Origin: Malacoraja senta
Taxonomy: Eukaryota
DNA: 64,000 bases
Reading direction: 5' to 3'
Assembly (NCBI GenBank): GCA_038087875.1
Contig: JAXLNO010000385.1
Span: 62,001 to 126,000 of the forward strand
Every line of letters begins with the position of its first letter. Positions within the stretch are counted from its first letter, which is position 1. Positions 40,386 to 53,784 of the stretch are shown piece by piece. A program made the position numbers and the translations under genes. A model generated the notes under the pieces. The model saw only the letters and a program-made list of their open reading frames with translations. It was not told the origin of the DNA and did not search any database.

Positions 40386-41011
40386 GAATTTACAGATCGT
40401 CCGAAGGAGAAGATATCAAAATACATAACACTAACTGATATAAAATTACGTGACAGCAACTGTTTACATCTGAGTTAACATCTGAGTTTACATCATAGTA
40501 AAGTCGTGACACCTTCATAGAGTCAGATCCCAGTTCTTGACATTCACTTGCTTTATCTCATGAGCTGTAGCATTACAGGTCTAACGCGGGATTACGCTTC
40601 ACGCAGCGACGAGTGCAGAAAATATATCGATTATATATTCAGTTAAGCAGGTTTGTCCGATTGGGAACACATGTCATTTCGCTAACTCGTTTCAGACTCT
40701 CCACGGAAGGAACCCAAGTTGCCATTCTCACAGCTCCTGACCAACATACCAGGGTGTGATTATTTGATACCTGCTCGCTGGTCAGGGCTCTGGCCGGCGC
40801 AATCGGTACAGACAGTGATCCAGGCCAGGATAAACAACGGGCATGACGTACACATTGCGGCAGTTACAGCAGGAACATGGATGTCTAACCAAATTAAACA
40901 AGTGAATTATTGAAACACAAACAATGTTTGTTTAACGTCGGCACCGCCGGAGTTTACGGAATGTCTCACAGCTAATGCGCGTACATGAAAATCAGAGACA
41001 AACCAAATTAC

Positions 41012-41081
41012 CGGAAACAGCGACAGCCGCTATTGTAGGGTAATATATATATTCAATTCGATAGATCAATGGAAATTCCAT
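41012..41081 (-). CDS. Exon 1 of GPR139-like GPCR copy B
   Basis: ATG at 41081; MEFPLIYRIEYIYYPTIAAVAVS-G; GT donor at 41011-41010; 70 + 905 nt = 325 codons including the stop. Confidence 0.88.
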
Positions 41082-43539
41082 AGCTGGAAGACACAATTAT
41101 CTCCTGTGGCTCCGTCAGTCCGTCATCGCTGTAGCTCTGTGGCGATGCCTTCTGGTGGGCACCGAGATATATAGAGCGATAGGTCTCCAGCGACATGACC
41201 TCATACCTGCTGATTGACATTAGTGACACTCACGGAACAAACACCTTGCGCCACAGCCATTGACTCCACCATGGGAGATGATAAGCGAATAATTTAAGGA
41301 TCGAGTAAAAAAAAACGAAGCGAGTCGTTGAAAACAGAGTCTGAAGAATGGTCACTATCCGAAACGTCACCTATACACGTTCTACAAAAATGTTGCCTGA
41401 CCCTCTGTTACATCAGCACTTTGTGTATTTTTCACTGAAAACAAGAATTTATGCTTTCCAATGAAAGAATGGTCCACGACACTGTGTTATTTCATTTAAT
41501 GTTGGTGTGATTTCGATGGACATATCCAGCGAACCCATCTACCACTCCAGTTTTGGTGTTTTCCCCCCAAAATAAATCATAATTCATACCATGACATCAC
41601 TCATATTGCAAGACAGATGCTGAAATATTCATAGAAATAGATACATGGACAATACGTGCAGGAGGATCCCATCCGGCCCTTCGAGCAAGCACCCCCATTC
41701 ATTGTCATAATGGCAGATCGTCCCCAATCACTAACCTGTGCCTGCTTTCTCCCCATATCCGTTGATTCCACTGGCCCCTCGAGCTCTATCTAAGTCTCTC
41801 TTAAATCCATCCGGTGATTTTGCCTCCACTGCCCTCTGTGGTAGGGAATTCCACAAATTGAAAACTCTCTGGGTGAAAAAGTTTGTTTCTCACCTCAGTC
41901 TTAAAAGGCCTCGCCTTTATTCTAATACTGCGGCCCATGGTTCTGGACTCGCCCAACATTGGGTACATTTTTTCCTGCATCTAGCTTGTCAAGTCCTTTG
42001 ATAATTTTACATGTTTCTGTAAGAAATTTCAGTCTCCTTTGCTCAGTCGGACTGTGCACAGTCTGACCGTGTGTTATGTTTCGCTCAATGATGGCTTCCC
42101 TCCGTAATCTGCCCCCCCCCCCCCCCCGAGCACACTGTGAGATATGGCATGTGTAATTTCAGTGTGATTTGGTTTAAGTTAGATACAGCGTGGGAAAGAG
42201 GATCTTCGGCCACTCAGAGGAAACTCACGCGGTCACAGGGCGAATGTGCACACTTACACACAGACAGCAGACGAGGGCAGGATAGAAACCTGGTCTCTGG
42301 CGTTTTGTAGCAGTAGTGCAACCAATGTGCCGCCCTTGGTGTGATACAGCGTGGAAACAGGCCCTTCGGACCTACGTCCAAACCGACCAACGTGTCCCAG
42401 CTGCACTAGTCCCTGGCGTCTGGTCCATATCCCTCCAAACCCGTCCTATCGGTGTAACCTTGTAGCTGTTTCTTAAAAGTTGGGATAGTCCCAACCTTAA
42501 CTATCTCCTCTGGCAGCTAGTTCCATACACCCACCACCCTCTGTGTGGAAACTTTACTCCTAGATTCCTATTAACTCCTTTTGTCCTTCACCTTGCATCA
42601 ACGTCGTCTGGTCAGGCAAACGCCTCCGTTGCCATGCTGTGAAAACGGAGAGGATGAGAAGGAGTTTCTTCCCAGAGGCCATTAGGACTGTAAACTTCTA
42701 TATCACCCGGGACTAACTTTACTGAACCATTTTACTGTTGTATGATGTCTTTTTAAAAATTGCTATTTTTCTTTTTTTCCACCCCAAAAATATGTAATAT
42801 GTGAATATGTGATTCTGTCCATTCTGTTTGTAGTTTTTTGCACAATCCGCGAGCATTGCCACTTTCCATGTCACTGCACATCTCGTATGTGTATGTGACG
42901 AATAAAGTTGACTTGACTTGACTTGACTTGGTCCTCGATTCACCTACTCTGACCAATCTATAGGGAGGTTGCACGGCAGTCGGGGTCACGACCCGTGACC
43001 TATACTGTTGCCACGCAAAGCCAACTGGAGTACATGTGGTGAACGTCGGGTAAGCACTTACCACGGCTTCCAGTGCAACGGGCCCGTTATCTGTCCCAGC
43101 ATTCGGACTCCACGCTGACTGGTTCCACACTCACGTACCCCGGGCCGTCTATCGCCGCGGCTGGGGGTCTGGGGGTGTTCGGGGGAGAGGGGGGGGGGTG
43201 TCGGGGTCCGGTGCCGGTGCAGCGAGGTCAGTGACTCTAGGTGGACGGAGGACCAGACTGTCCCCAACTCTGCTGCAGCAGACGGGGATTTTGCTGGGTG
43301 GTCGGTGGTGGTCGGTGGGGAGGTGCGTCAGTGAATCTGGGTGGGCGGAGGGACCAGACTGTCCCCAACTCTGCTGCAGCTGACGGGGACGATGCCGGGT
43401 TTTCGTCCGCGTGTGTCCGCTGCCCAGAGCTGCGGCCCTGTCCACCCGGCCCCGTGTGTGTGGGCGCTGCCGACCCACTGCCCGTGACAGTGCGGCCGCA
43501 CAGGCGGAGACGGGGCGGAGGGCGGTCGGGGATCGATCG

Positions 43540-43609
<70 letters not shown>

Positions 43610-43610
43610 A

Positions 43611-43658
<48 letters not shown>

Positions 43659-43680
43659 CGTAATCTATCTTCTATCTATC
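43540..43680. repeat. (TATC)n microsatellite
   Basis: Directly visible. Confidence 0.97.
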
Positions 43681-44369
43681 TTCGATACTTAACTAAACCT
43701 CATCTTGTCCTCTTCCGGATTGCGCTTTATTTACATTTGCGCAAAGACGGTCCCCGATAGCGCTGCGACCCCCCCCCCCCCCCCCCCCCCCCGCCTTACT
43801 CGCGGTTCCCCTGTGCTACAAGCGCACTAAGGTTTCTTCCGATCGGTGGAATATTACAAAAGTTGCGGAGGTTTAAAAATTGTAATATCAGCAGATTGGT
43901 CTTCTCTCCTGTCATACGCCGGGACGACCACGCCCCTTCCGGCACCCGCTGTCAATCACCGGGGCGAGGAGAATAAAGCAACGGAGCCCCGCGGCCCTGA
44001 GTCCCGCGGTCGTCCCGAATCCGTCCCGCCGCGATGCCATCCCGCCCCGAAGCCATCCCGAAGCCAGTGAGCCCCGAAGACGTCCGGAAGCCCGTGAGCC
44101 CCGCAGCCGCCGGGGAGCCTAGGAGCCGCCCCGAGACGAGGAACCCCGGAGGCGGCCCGGAGTGGGGAGCGGTGCGGAGCCTGGCCGACTGCTGCAACCT
44201 CCAGATCCTGCGGAAGTAAGGAGTGAGTGTGGGGGGGATTGAGGGAGCCGGGCGCTCGCGGGCGCCGGGCGCTGGCCGGGGCACAGCACCACCGCACACA
44301 CACCCACACACTCCCCTCCCCTAGCACACACACCTCCCAAAACGAAGGCCACGGCAGCGCCACCCCCCC

Positions 44370-45530
44370 GGCCCCCAGCTGAAGCCGTCGCCCTCCCCGT
44401 CCCCAGCTGCAGGACTAGCCCAAGAAAAGTCCATTCGGCCCACAATGCCTGTACTAGCCCTCCGGAAACCAGTCCCTTCTACCCACAACACCTATACCAG
44501 CGATCCAGAACCCCCCCCCACTCTGGCCCCCGCCTGAAGCCATTCCCCTCCTCCGGCTGCAGGACGCCCGCCCCACTGTCCACCGACAGCCCCTGCCTGA
44601 AGCCGTCCCCCTCCCCGGGTATATGTCGCTGCCCCCCTCAACTGCCAGCCCCCGCCTGAAGCCGTTCCCCACCCACGGCTGTAGGACGCTCCACCCCGCT
44701 CCCGATAGCCCCCTCCTGAAGCCGTCCCCCATCCACTGATGCAGGCGCCCCATCCCGCCCTCCTCCCCCGGCTGCAGGTTGCACGCCCCACCACCACCAT
44801 CGTCCCCGACAACCTCTGCCTGAAGCTGCTCCCCTCGCCGGCTGTAGGAAGCTCACCCTGGCCCCCGAAGGCTCCCACCTGAAGCTGTCCCCCTCCCCCA
44901 GCTGCAGGATGCTCGCCCCCCCCCCACTGGCCCCGACAACCCACGCCTGAAGCTGTCCCTGTCCCCCTGCTTCAAGACCCCCCGCCAACCGGTCGCGACA
45001 AACCCCGCCTGAAGCCGTCCCCGTCCCCCTGCTGCAAGATCCTCCCCCCCAACCGGCCACGACAGCCCCCGCCTGAAGCCGTCCCCTCCTCCCGGCTGCC
45101 GGATGTTCCCCTCTCCGCCACCGGCTGCGTCAGCCCCCGTCTGAAGCCCTACCCCCACCCAACTGCCCCAGACAGCCGCCGCCTGAAGCCGTGCCACTCC
45201 CCCAGCTGTTGGACGCTCCCCCCCGTTAGGCCCCTCCTGAAGCCGTTCCAATCCCCCGGCTGCAGGTCGCTCGCACCCCCCCAACCGGTCTCTGACAGCC
45301 CCCGACTGAAGCCGTCCTCGTCCCCGGTTACAGGACGCTCCCGCTGCCCCCCAACTGAAGCTGTCCCCTTCCTCCAGCGACAGGACGCTCCCAACAGCCC
45401 CCGCCTGAAGCCGTCCCCGTCCCCAGCTGCGGGACACTTTCCCCCCTCCGCCCCCACCGGCCCCCGCCTGAAGCCGTCCGTGTCCCCAGCTGCAGGATGC
45501 AGCCTACAGACCCCCTCCTGTAGCCGGTGG
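44370..45530 (+). repeat. GC-rich minisatellite, ~60-65-bp units with a GCCTGAAGCCGTCCCC core
   Basis: More than 15 diverged copies of cctgaagccgtcccc...ggctgcagga. Confidence 0.9.
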
Positions 45531-45602
45531 GGAGAGACAGCGGAAGGCCACGGCAGCGGTAGCGGTTGGCCACGGCAGCGGTAGGTCACGGCAGCGCTAC
45601 CT

Positions 45603-45994
45603 AGTTTCAATTACAGACGAATATGCGATTGACCGAGGGAAAAGGCGACTATTCTCATTTGTGTTGAAAGTTGGAGAAGACGAGATTTGAAAGAATGAAG
45701 ACGATGAAATTGTAATGCCAGAAGACATGGTTCTATCAGCAAAAACATTGTATTGATTTCATCTATCCCGCATTTGACAATCCTGTAGAATTATTCTCCG
45801 ACAATTGTATCTTGGTTCCGCATAACGATACGATGAGAAGCATCAATTCTCCATGTATCAGATGCTTCCCTGGAATTAATAAGGAGTACTTTCAATCAAT
45901 GGTGTCACTGAGGGAACTAATGCTTCCCAACAGCTTTCCTTGATTCACTCGACATCTATGGACTATCACCACAAATTGGAATTGAATAAAGGAT
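45603..45994 (+). pseudogene. Helitron Pif1-family helicase fragment (not in the ORF track)
   Basis: Hand translation across frameshifts: FQLQTNMRL...FVLKVGED...IDFIYP...CILVPHNDTMRSIN...FPGINKEY...FLDSLDIYGL..HKLELNKG. Confidence 0.8.
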
Positions 45995-45995
45995 C

Positions 45996-48900
45996 ATTGG
46001 GACCTCTTTCGGGGAAGGTGTGACCTGTACAGTGTGACCTGCACTTGAAACCGAGGGGGACCAATATCCTGGCGGGGAGATTTGCAAAGGCTACTGGGGA
46101 GACTTTAAACTAGAACGGTTGGGGGGAGGGACCCAAATAGAGAAAGCTAGTAGAAAATGTGGGATGCAGGAGGCAGAGAAGGGAAGCACTCGGACCCAAA
46201 ATGTAGGGGAGAAAGAAGAAAATATATAATAAACAGAGAATAAGTGGTGGTGGGTTTCTAAATGTGTATATGTTAATGCTAGGAGCATTGTAAGAAAGGT
46301 GGATGAGCTTAGAGCCTGGATTGACACCTGGAAGTATGGTGTTGTGGCGATCAGTGAAACATGGTTGCAGGAGGGCTGTGATTGGAAACTAAATAGTCCA
46401 GGATTTCGTTGCTTCAGGGGTGATAGAATTGGAGGGGCAACAGGTGGGGGTGTTGCATTTCTTGTCAAGGAAGATATTACAGCAGTGCTTTGGCAGGATA
46501 GACTAGAGGGCTCGTCTAGGGAGGCTATTTGGGTGGAACTGAGAAATGGGAAAGATGTAGCAACACTTATAGGGGTGTATTATTGACCGCCAAATGGAGA
46601 GCGAGAATTGGTAGAGCAAATATGTAAGGAGATAGCAGATATTAGTAGTAAGCACAAGGTAGTGATTGTGGGAGATTTCAATCTTCCACACATAGACTGG
46701 GAAACACATTCTGTAAAAGGGCTGGATGGTTTGGAGTTTGTAAAATGTGTGCAGGATAGTTTTTTGCAGCAATACATAGAGGTACGTACTGGAGAAGGGG
46801 CAGTGCTGGACCTGTTAGGAAATGAGACAGGGCAGGTGGCGGAGGTATGCGTCGGGGAGCACTTCGGGTCCAGTGATCACAATACCATTAGTTTCAATAT
46901 AATTATGGAGAGGGTCAGAACTGGACCTCAGGTTGAGATTTTTGATTGGAGAAAGGGTAACTTTGAGGAGATGCGAAAGGATTTAAAAGGAGTGAATTGG
47001 GACATGTTGTTTTATGGGAAGGATGTAGAAGAGAAATGGAGGACATTTAAAGGTGAAATTTTAAGAGTACAGAATCTTTATGTCCCTGTTCAGTTGAAAG
47101 GAAATAGTAAAAATTGGAAAGAGCCATGGTTTCATGGGAAATTGGACACTTGGTTCGGAAAAAGATAGAGAGATCTACAATAATTATAGGCAACATGGAG
47201 TAAATGAAGTGCTTGAGGAGTATAAAGAATGTAAAAAGAATATAAAGAAAGAAATTAGAAAAGCTAAAAGAAGATATGAGGTTGCTTTGGCAAGTAAGGT
47301 GAAAGTAAATCCAAAGGGTTTCTACAGCTATATTAATAGCAAAAGGATAACAAGGAATAAAATTGGTCCATTCGAGAGTCAGAGTGGACAGCTATCTGCA
47401 GAGCCAAAAGAGATGGGGGAGATATTGAACAATTTTTTTTCTTCGGTATTCACTAAGGAGAAGGATATGGAATTATGTGAGGTAAGGGAAACAAGCAGAG
47501 TAGCAATTCAAAGAAGAGGAGGTGCGGACACTTTTGAAAAATATGAAAACGGATACGTCTCCAGGTCCTGACAGCATATTCCCGAGGACATTGAGGGAAG
47601 TTAGTGTAGAAATAGCAGGGGCTATGATAGAAATATTTCAAATGTCATTAGAAACGGGAATAGTGCCGGAGGAGTGGCGTACTGCGCATGTTGTTCCTTT
47701 GTTTAAAAAGTGTTCTAAGAGTAAACTAAGCAATTATAGACCTGTTGGTTTGACGTCAGTGGTGGGCAAATTAATGGAAAGAATACTTAGAGATAATATA
47801 TATATAAGCATCTGGATAAGCAGGGTCTGATTAGGAAGAGTCAACATGGATTTCTGCCTGGAAGGTCATGTTTGACTAATCTTCTTGAATTTTTCGAAGA
47901 GGTTACCAGGGAAATTGATGAGGGTAAAGCAGTGGATGTTGTCTATATGGACTTCAGTAAGGCCTTTGACAAGGTTCCTCATGGAAGGTTGGTTAAGAAG
48001 ATTCAATTGTTGGGTATTAATGGTGGAGTAGCAAGATGGATTCAACAGCGGCTGAATGGGAGATGCCAGAGAGTAATGGTGGATGGCTGTTTGTCAGGTT
48101 GGAGGCCGGTGACTAATGGGGTGCCTCAGGGGTCTGTGTTGGGTCCACTGTTGTTTGTCATGTACATCAATGATCTGGATGATGGTGTGGAAAATTGGAT
48201 TAGTAAGTATGCAGATGATACTAAGATAAGTGGTTGGTGTTGTGGATAATGAAGTAGATTTTCAAAGTCTGCAGAGAGATTTAGGCCATTTGGAAGAGTG
48301 GGCTGAAAGATGTCAGATGGAGTTTAATGCTGATCAATGTGAGGTGCTACATCTTGGCAGGACAAATCAAAATAGGACGTACATGGTAAATGGTAGCGAA
48401 TTGAGGAATGCAGTTGAACAGAGGGATCTAGGAATAACTGTGCATAGTTCCCTGAAGGTGAAATCTCATGTAGATAGGGTGGTAAAGAAAGCTTTTGGTG
48501 TGCTGGCCTTTATAAATCAGAGCATTGAGTATAGAAGTTGGGATGTAATGTTAAAATTGTACAAGGCATTGGTGAGGCCAATTCTGGAGTATGCAGTACA
48601 ATTTGGTCGCCTAATTATAGGAAGGATGTCAACAAAATAGAGAGAGTACAGAGGAGATTTACGGGAATGTTGCCTGGGTTTCAGCAACTAAGTTACAGAG
48701 AAAGGCTGAACAAGTTAGGTCTTTATTCTTTGGAGCGCAGAAGGTTAAGGGGGGACTTGATAGAGGTCTTTAAAATGATGAGAGGGATAGACAGAGTTGA
48801 CGTGGATAAGCTTTTCCCATTGAGAGTAGGGAAGATTCAAACAAGAGGACATGACTTGAGAATTAAGGGACAGAAGTTTTGGGGTAACATTAGGGGGATC

Positions 48901-49133
48901 TTCTTTACTCAGAGAGTGGTAGCAGTGTGGAATGAGCTTCCAGTGGAAGTGGTGGAGGCAGGTTCGATTTTATCATTTAAAAATAGATTGGATGGGTATA
49001 TGGACGAGAAAGGAATGGAGGGTTATGGTCTGAGTGCAGGTAGATGGGACTAGGGGATAAAAAGTGTTCGGCATGGACTTGAAAGGCCGAGATGGCCTGT
49101 TTCCATGCTGTAATTGTTATATGGTTATATGGT
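45996..49133 (+). mobile_element. CR1-clade LINE: ORF1 end plus degraded ORF2 with intact 3' end
   Basis: [27 protein letters not shown] and YADD motifs; (tatatggt)n tail. Confidence 0.92.
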
Positions 49134-50570
49134 TAAATGGTGAAACTGCACACAATACTCCAGTTGTGGTCTCACTAGGGCTCTGTACAACCGCAGAAAT
49201 ACCTCTTTGCTCCTATATTCGATTCCTCTTGTTATAAAGGCCAACATGCCATTCGCTTTCTTCACTGCCTGCTGTACCTGCATGCTTACTTTCATAGACT
49301 GATGTACAAGGACCCCCAGATCCCGTTGTACTTTCCCTTTTCCCAACTTGACGGAAGGAGGGGAGAGGAGGGGGGGAGAGAGGAGGGGAAAGGGTGGTGG
49401 GGAGGGAGATGGCGGGGAGGGGAAGGGTGGGGGGGAGGGCAAGTGGGGGTAGTGGGGGAGGGGGAGGGGAAGAGGGGGGATCAGTGGAATCACAGCGGGA
49501 ACCCCTCAGCCGCGTCAAGAAGGAGTAAGGAGAGGGGGAGATGAAGGAGGGTCGCGGTAGGTGGGAGCAGGGGAAGGGCAAGGGGGGAAGGGTGGAGTGA
49601 AGAGACGAGGGGGGGATAAGTGGCGTCACAACGGGAACCGATCAGCCACGCCTGCGCAATTGGTGGCAATGCGTAAGTGGTGGAATATTGTGTTGGTGGA
49701 ATGGGACCCAAAGGATCCCACGTAGTCTTGTAATCATATATGATTCAATAAGATACCCTCTCATCCTTCTAAATTCCAGTGTATACAAGCCCAGTCGTTC
49801 CATTCTGTCAACATCTGACAGTCCCGCCATCCCGGGAATTACATAGATACATAGAATATAGGTGCAGGAGTAGGCCATTCGGCCCTTCGAGCCTGCACCG
49901 CCATTCAATATGATCATGCCTGATCATCCAACTCAGTATCCCGTACCTGCCTTCTCTCCATACCCCCTGATCCCTTTAGCCACAAGGGCCATATCTAACT
50001 CCCTCTTAAATATAGCCAATAAACTGGCCTCAACTACCCTCTGTGGCAGAGAGTTCCAGAGATTCACCACTCTCTGTGTGAAAACGTTTTTTCTCATCTC
50101 GGTCTTAACGGATTACCCCCTCATCCTTAAGCTGTGGCCCCTTGTCCTGGACTTCCCCAACATCGGGAACAATCTTCCTGCATCTAGCCTGTCCAACCCC
50201 ATAAGAATTTTGTAAGTTTCTATGTTCCCCTCTCAATCTCCTAAATTCTAGCGAGTATAAGCCGAGTCTATCCAGTCTTTCTTCATTAACCTGGTGAACC
50301 AATGCTGCACTACCTCAAGGATAAAATGTCCTTCCGCAAATTTGGCGACCTAAACTGCACACAATACTCCAGGTGTGGCCTCACCAGGGCCGTGTACAAC
50401 TGCAGAAGGACCTCTTTGCTCCTATACTCAACGCCTCTTGTTATGAAGGCCAACATGCCATTAGCTTTCTTCACAGCCCGCTGTACCTGCATGTTACTTT
50501 CAGTGACTGATGAACAAGGACACCCAGATCTTGTTGTACTTCCCTTTTCCTAACTTGATGCCATTCAGGT
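49134..50570 (-). mobile_element. Nested CR1 fragments
   Basis: QRDLGVLVH...LYRALVRP.LEYCVQF motifs and the CR1 3' UTR at 49841-50286. Confidence 0.85.
49352..49730 (+). mobile_element. Non-autonomous Helitron 3' fragment
   Basis: Subterminal hairpin tgggacccaaaggatccca (49702-49720), then a CTTG end (decayed CTAG) before T; same layout as 61854-61882. Confidence 0.55.
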
Positions 50571-50836
50571 AAAAGTGGGGAGGATGGGAGAGGGGAGGAG
50601 AGATGAGAAGAGGGGAGGGATTGAGAGGAGAGTAGAGGGAAGGAGAGGAGAGAGGAGATTAGAGATGAAATGATCGTAGAAATCCCTAATTTCTTACCTC
50701 TTTCGGTCCTCTCTCCCCAAGGATTTGCGGGCTCCTCTTTGGAAAGGAAGAATATTATTATTCGTCGGGACATCCCGTAACCTTTTTGTTACCCCTCTTC
50801 CCCTCCGCCCTCCCGTCCCCCCTCAAATGGGGCTGG

Positions 50837-51998
50837 TGGTATCAAAGTTTGTTTCTTAAAAGCAGAAAACAACAGGTAAACAACAGGTTATAGGTAAACC
50901 AAGCCAATCTTTAATCGATTCGTCAGACAGGAGTGGCAACATCTACAAAGAGCACAAACGTTGCTCAGTGTTTCTCGGGCTCCACTCACAGAACAAAGGA
51001 AAGTTAGCACAATTATACATTTTCCTTATCAGTAAAACACTCGTACCAAGTCTGACTATGGCATGATTGAAAGATTCTATAGCCTTTCAGAATATAGGAA
51101 AAGATGGGTCCAAATCAAGCTCATCCAATAACAAGTTATTGCTTATTTCTGCAGCGATAGCTATTTTTTTCAATCTTGGCTTCTTTATGTTCTTGAAAGA
51201 AGCACATGTTATTACGTAGGTTTCCATCTTAATGTCTTTATTGAAAAGATAACTTGTCCTCCATATTGTGTTCCATATAATTTGCAGTCGTTCAGACTTA
51301 GCACCGAGCCATTCTTTTTGTTCTATTAAACCATGCGTTCTTTACAGGAAATGCTCCTGTCCCACTTAGGGAACCTGAACGGGAACTTCTGGAGTCTTTG
51401 CGCCCCATCCAAGGTTTCCGTGCGGTTCCCGGAGGCTTTTGTCCGTCTCCCTAATGGGCAAAAGTGGTTTCCGCTTCTTCTATGTTCCGGCGATTATTTC
51501 AAAAAATTCAAAACCGGCCGCGACTAAAAATAGGTTGCCGTTTTAAAAATCGGTAATTTTTTTAGTCGAAGCCGGTTGCGATGCATGTTGAAGGTGGTTG
51601 CCGGAGGTTGCAGGTGGTTGCCGGAGGTTGCAGGTAGTGGAAGGTAAGATCTTCCACTACCTGCAACCTCCGGCAACCACCTTCAACTAGCATCGCAACC
51701 GGCTTCGTCTAAAAAATTACCGATTTTTAAAACGGCAACCTATTTATAGACGCGGCCGGTTTTGAATTTTTTTAAATAATCGCCGGAGCATAGATGAAGC
51801 GGAAACCACTTTCGACCATTAGGGAGACTGGCAAAAACCTCCGGGAACCGCACGGAAACCTTGGGTGGGGTGCAAAGTCTCCAGAGGTTTCCGTTCAGGT
51901 TTCCTAAGTGGGACATGGGCATAAGTTTCCATCTTATATTAGTAATAAGAACGACTCTATTTTGTAAACTACATTAGATTTGACTATTAGCTCTTTCA
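50837..51998 (-). repeat. ERV 3' LTR (about 590 bp without the MITE; distal end approximate)
   Basis: PPT-TGAAAG junction; TATAA at 51017-51013 and ATTAAA at 50915-50910 in U3-R-U5 order. Confidence 0.7.
51352..51921. mobile_element. Foldback MITE (Harbinger-like termini), 570 bp
   Basis: TIRs tgctcctgtcccacttagg / cctaagtgggacatgggca; the two halves are inverted copies meeting near 51646. Confidence 0.88.
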
Positions 51999-52028
51999 TT
52001 CCCTCCTTTTTATCATACATGATAACAT

Positions 52029-52154
52029 TCACAGTCCTCGATAGGTACACAATGCTCGCAAGAATTTAATGATAAAGATTAGAGCAATGATTAACAGAAA
52101 GATAGAGCCATAATGTATCACAGTACCCCAAAGTCCATCAAACCAAAGGTATAG
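52029..52154 (-). pseudogene. ERV env C-terminal membrane anchor remnant
   Basis: LYLWFDGLWGTVIHYGSIFLLIIALIFIIKFLRALCTYRGL*, ending just upstream of the PPT. Confidence 0.7.
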
Positions 52155-52225
52155 TCACCAGTTCAATAGTACCTCAAAGTCCATCGAACCAACGGACATG
52201 GCAACCAGTTCTCATTCTCTTCATT

Positions 52226-52937
52226 GATCTGATGAAGCTTGTTTCGGGTTGAAGGATCAGGTGCCACCTGTAGGCGGTGTAATCCTTTCAGCCGATATTC
52301 TTGGGGTTGTGCCATAAAGTTCGCACCTGTCCGAGGGTATTGACAGTCTCTTCGGAGAGCATTGCTCCCCATCTCTGCCCTCGGTAGGGTTCACCACCTT
52401 GAGCGAGATGCCAGCATACCCATGGGCTTTGGGCAGCTTCTACTCCCAGTAAGTTTGGGTGACCTGCTTCCACATCACCAACTAGAAGCGGCTGCTGGAC
52501 TGGAACCCAAAGACAAAGCCAGCGTAGATTGCATCTGTGTTGATGTAGAAGGTGCCACTGAATTTGATGGCGTTGAACTCCTCGAATCAGACAGCAAGGC
52601 CAGGGTCAGAGTTGGCGGTCTGCAGCAACTCCCTGCCCTTGTTGCGCACAACCCAGTTAGGATCGATCTGCATCGTCCCCATTGGAACTTCCTCAGGTCA
52701 ATCTCGCTGATGGCGCTGTTCTCAGGGAACATGTCTTAGATATCTGGGATGTTGTCGTTCTCAAAGTCGTGTCTCCTCTGCCGTCACCATCGGCATCGAT
52801 CTGGTCAGGGTTGGGAATAAACGGCAATTGTCCTCATCAGAAACGCCATTGTTGCCATCCTCATCAATCTCCTGATTGTCATCACCCTGATTACCCACCA
52901 GGTCTGAGTCATTGCCTTCCTGGTCAGGGTCGTGCAT
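52226..52937 (-). pseudogene. THBS2: Intronless thrombospondin-2-like fragment (type 3 repeats plus C-terminal domain), degraded
   Basis: DNCRL..NPDQIDADGDGRGD..DFENDNIPDI...[31 protein letters not shown]...[37 protein letters not shown]...GQVRTLWHNPKNIG*KDYTAYRWHL. Thrombospondin identity is clear; the THBS2 paralogue call rests on remembered diagnostic residues. Confidence 0.85.
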
Positions 52938-53047
52938 TATCTCTCTCAAGAGGTCCAACTGTTTCAAAATGTTCAGCTTCTCTCTCTCTAGGTCACCCGC
53001 TAGAGCTCGAAATGCTTCAAAATGTTTGATCAAATGTGGGTTGTCTT

Positions 53048-53784
53048 CATAGAAACATAGAAAATAGGTGCAGGAGTAGGCCATTCGGCCCTTCGAGCCT
53101 GCACCGCCATTCAATATGATCATGGCTGATCATCCAACTCAGTATCCTGTACCTGCCTTCTCTCCATACCCCATGATCCCTTTAGCCACAAGGGCCACAT
53201 GTAACTCCCTCTTAAATATAGACAATGAACTGGCCTCAACTACATTCTGTGGCAGAGAATTCCAGAGATTCACCACTCTCTGTGTGAAAAATGTTTTTCT
53301 CATCTCAGTCCTAAAATATTTCCCCTTTATCCTTAAACTGTGACCCCTTGTTCTGGACTTCCCCAACATCGGGAACAATCTTCCTGCATCTAGCCTGTCC
53401 AACCACTGAAGAAACGTGTACGTTTCTGTAAGATCCCATCTCAATCTTCTAAATTCTAGCGAGTACAAGCCGAGTCTATCCAGTCTTTCTTCATATGAAA
53501 GTCCTGCCATCCCAGGAATCAGTCTGGAGAACCTTCTCTGTACTACCTCTATGGCAAGAATGTCCTTCCTCAGATTAGGAGACCAAAACTGGATGCAATA
53601 CTCCAGGTGTGGTCTCACCAAGACCCTGTACAACTGCAATAGAACCTCCCTGCTCCTATACTCAAATCCTTTTGCTATGAATGCTAACATACCATACGCT
53701 TTCTTCACTCCCTGCTGCACCTGCATGCCCACTTTCAATGACTGGTGTACCATGACACCCAGGTATCGTTTCATCTCCCCTTTT
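53048..53784 (-). mobile_element. CR1/HER1 5'-truncated copy inserted in the ERV
   Basis: 211-aa ORF2 C-terminus, 3' UTR and (tatgtttc)n tail. Confidence 0.92.

Noticed and set aside
44370..45530. Regular repeats superficially like a CRISPR array
   Set aside because: Eukaryotic context, the intervening segments are similar to each other, and there are no cas genes; it is a minisatellite.
50820..50840. Target-site duplication for the ERV
   Set aside because: The distal LTR end is uncertain and both flanks are low complexity; no convincing match.
52226..52937. Possible functional thrombospondin gene
   Set aside because: Several stops, frameshifts and deletions, partial coverage and no introns.
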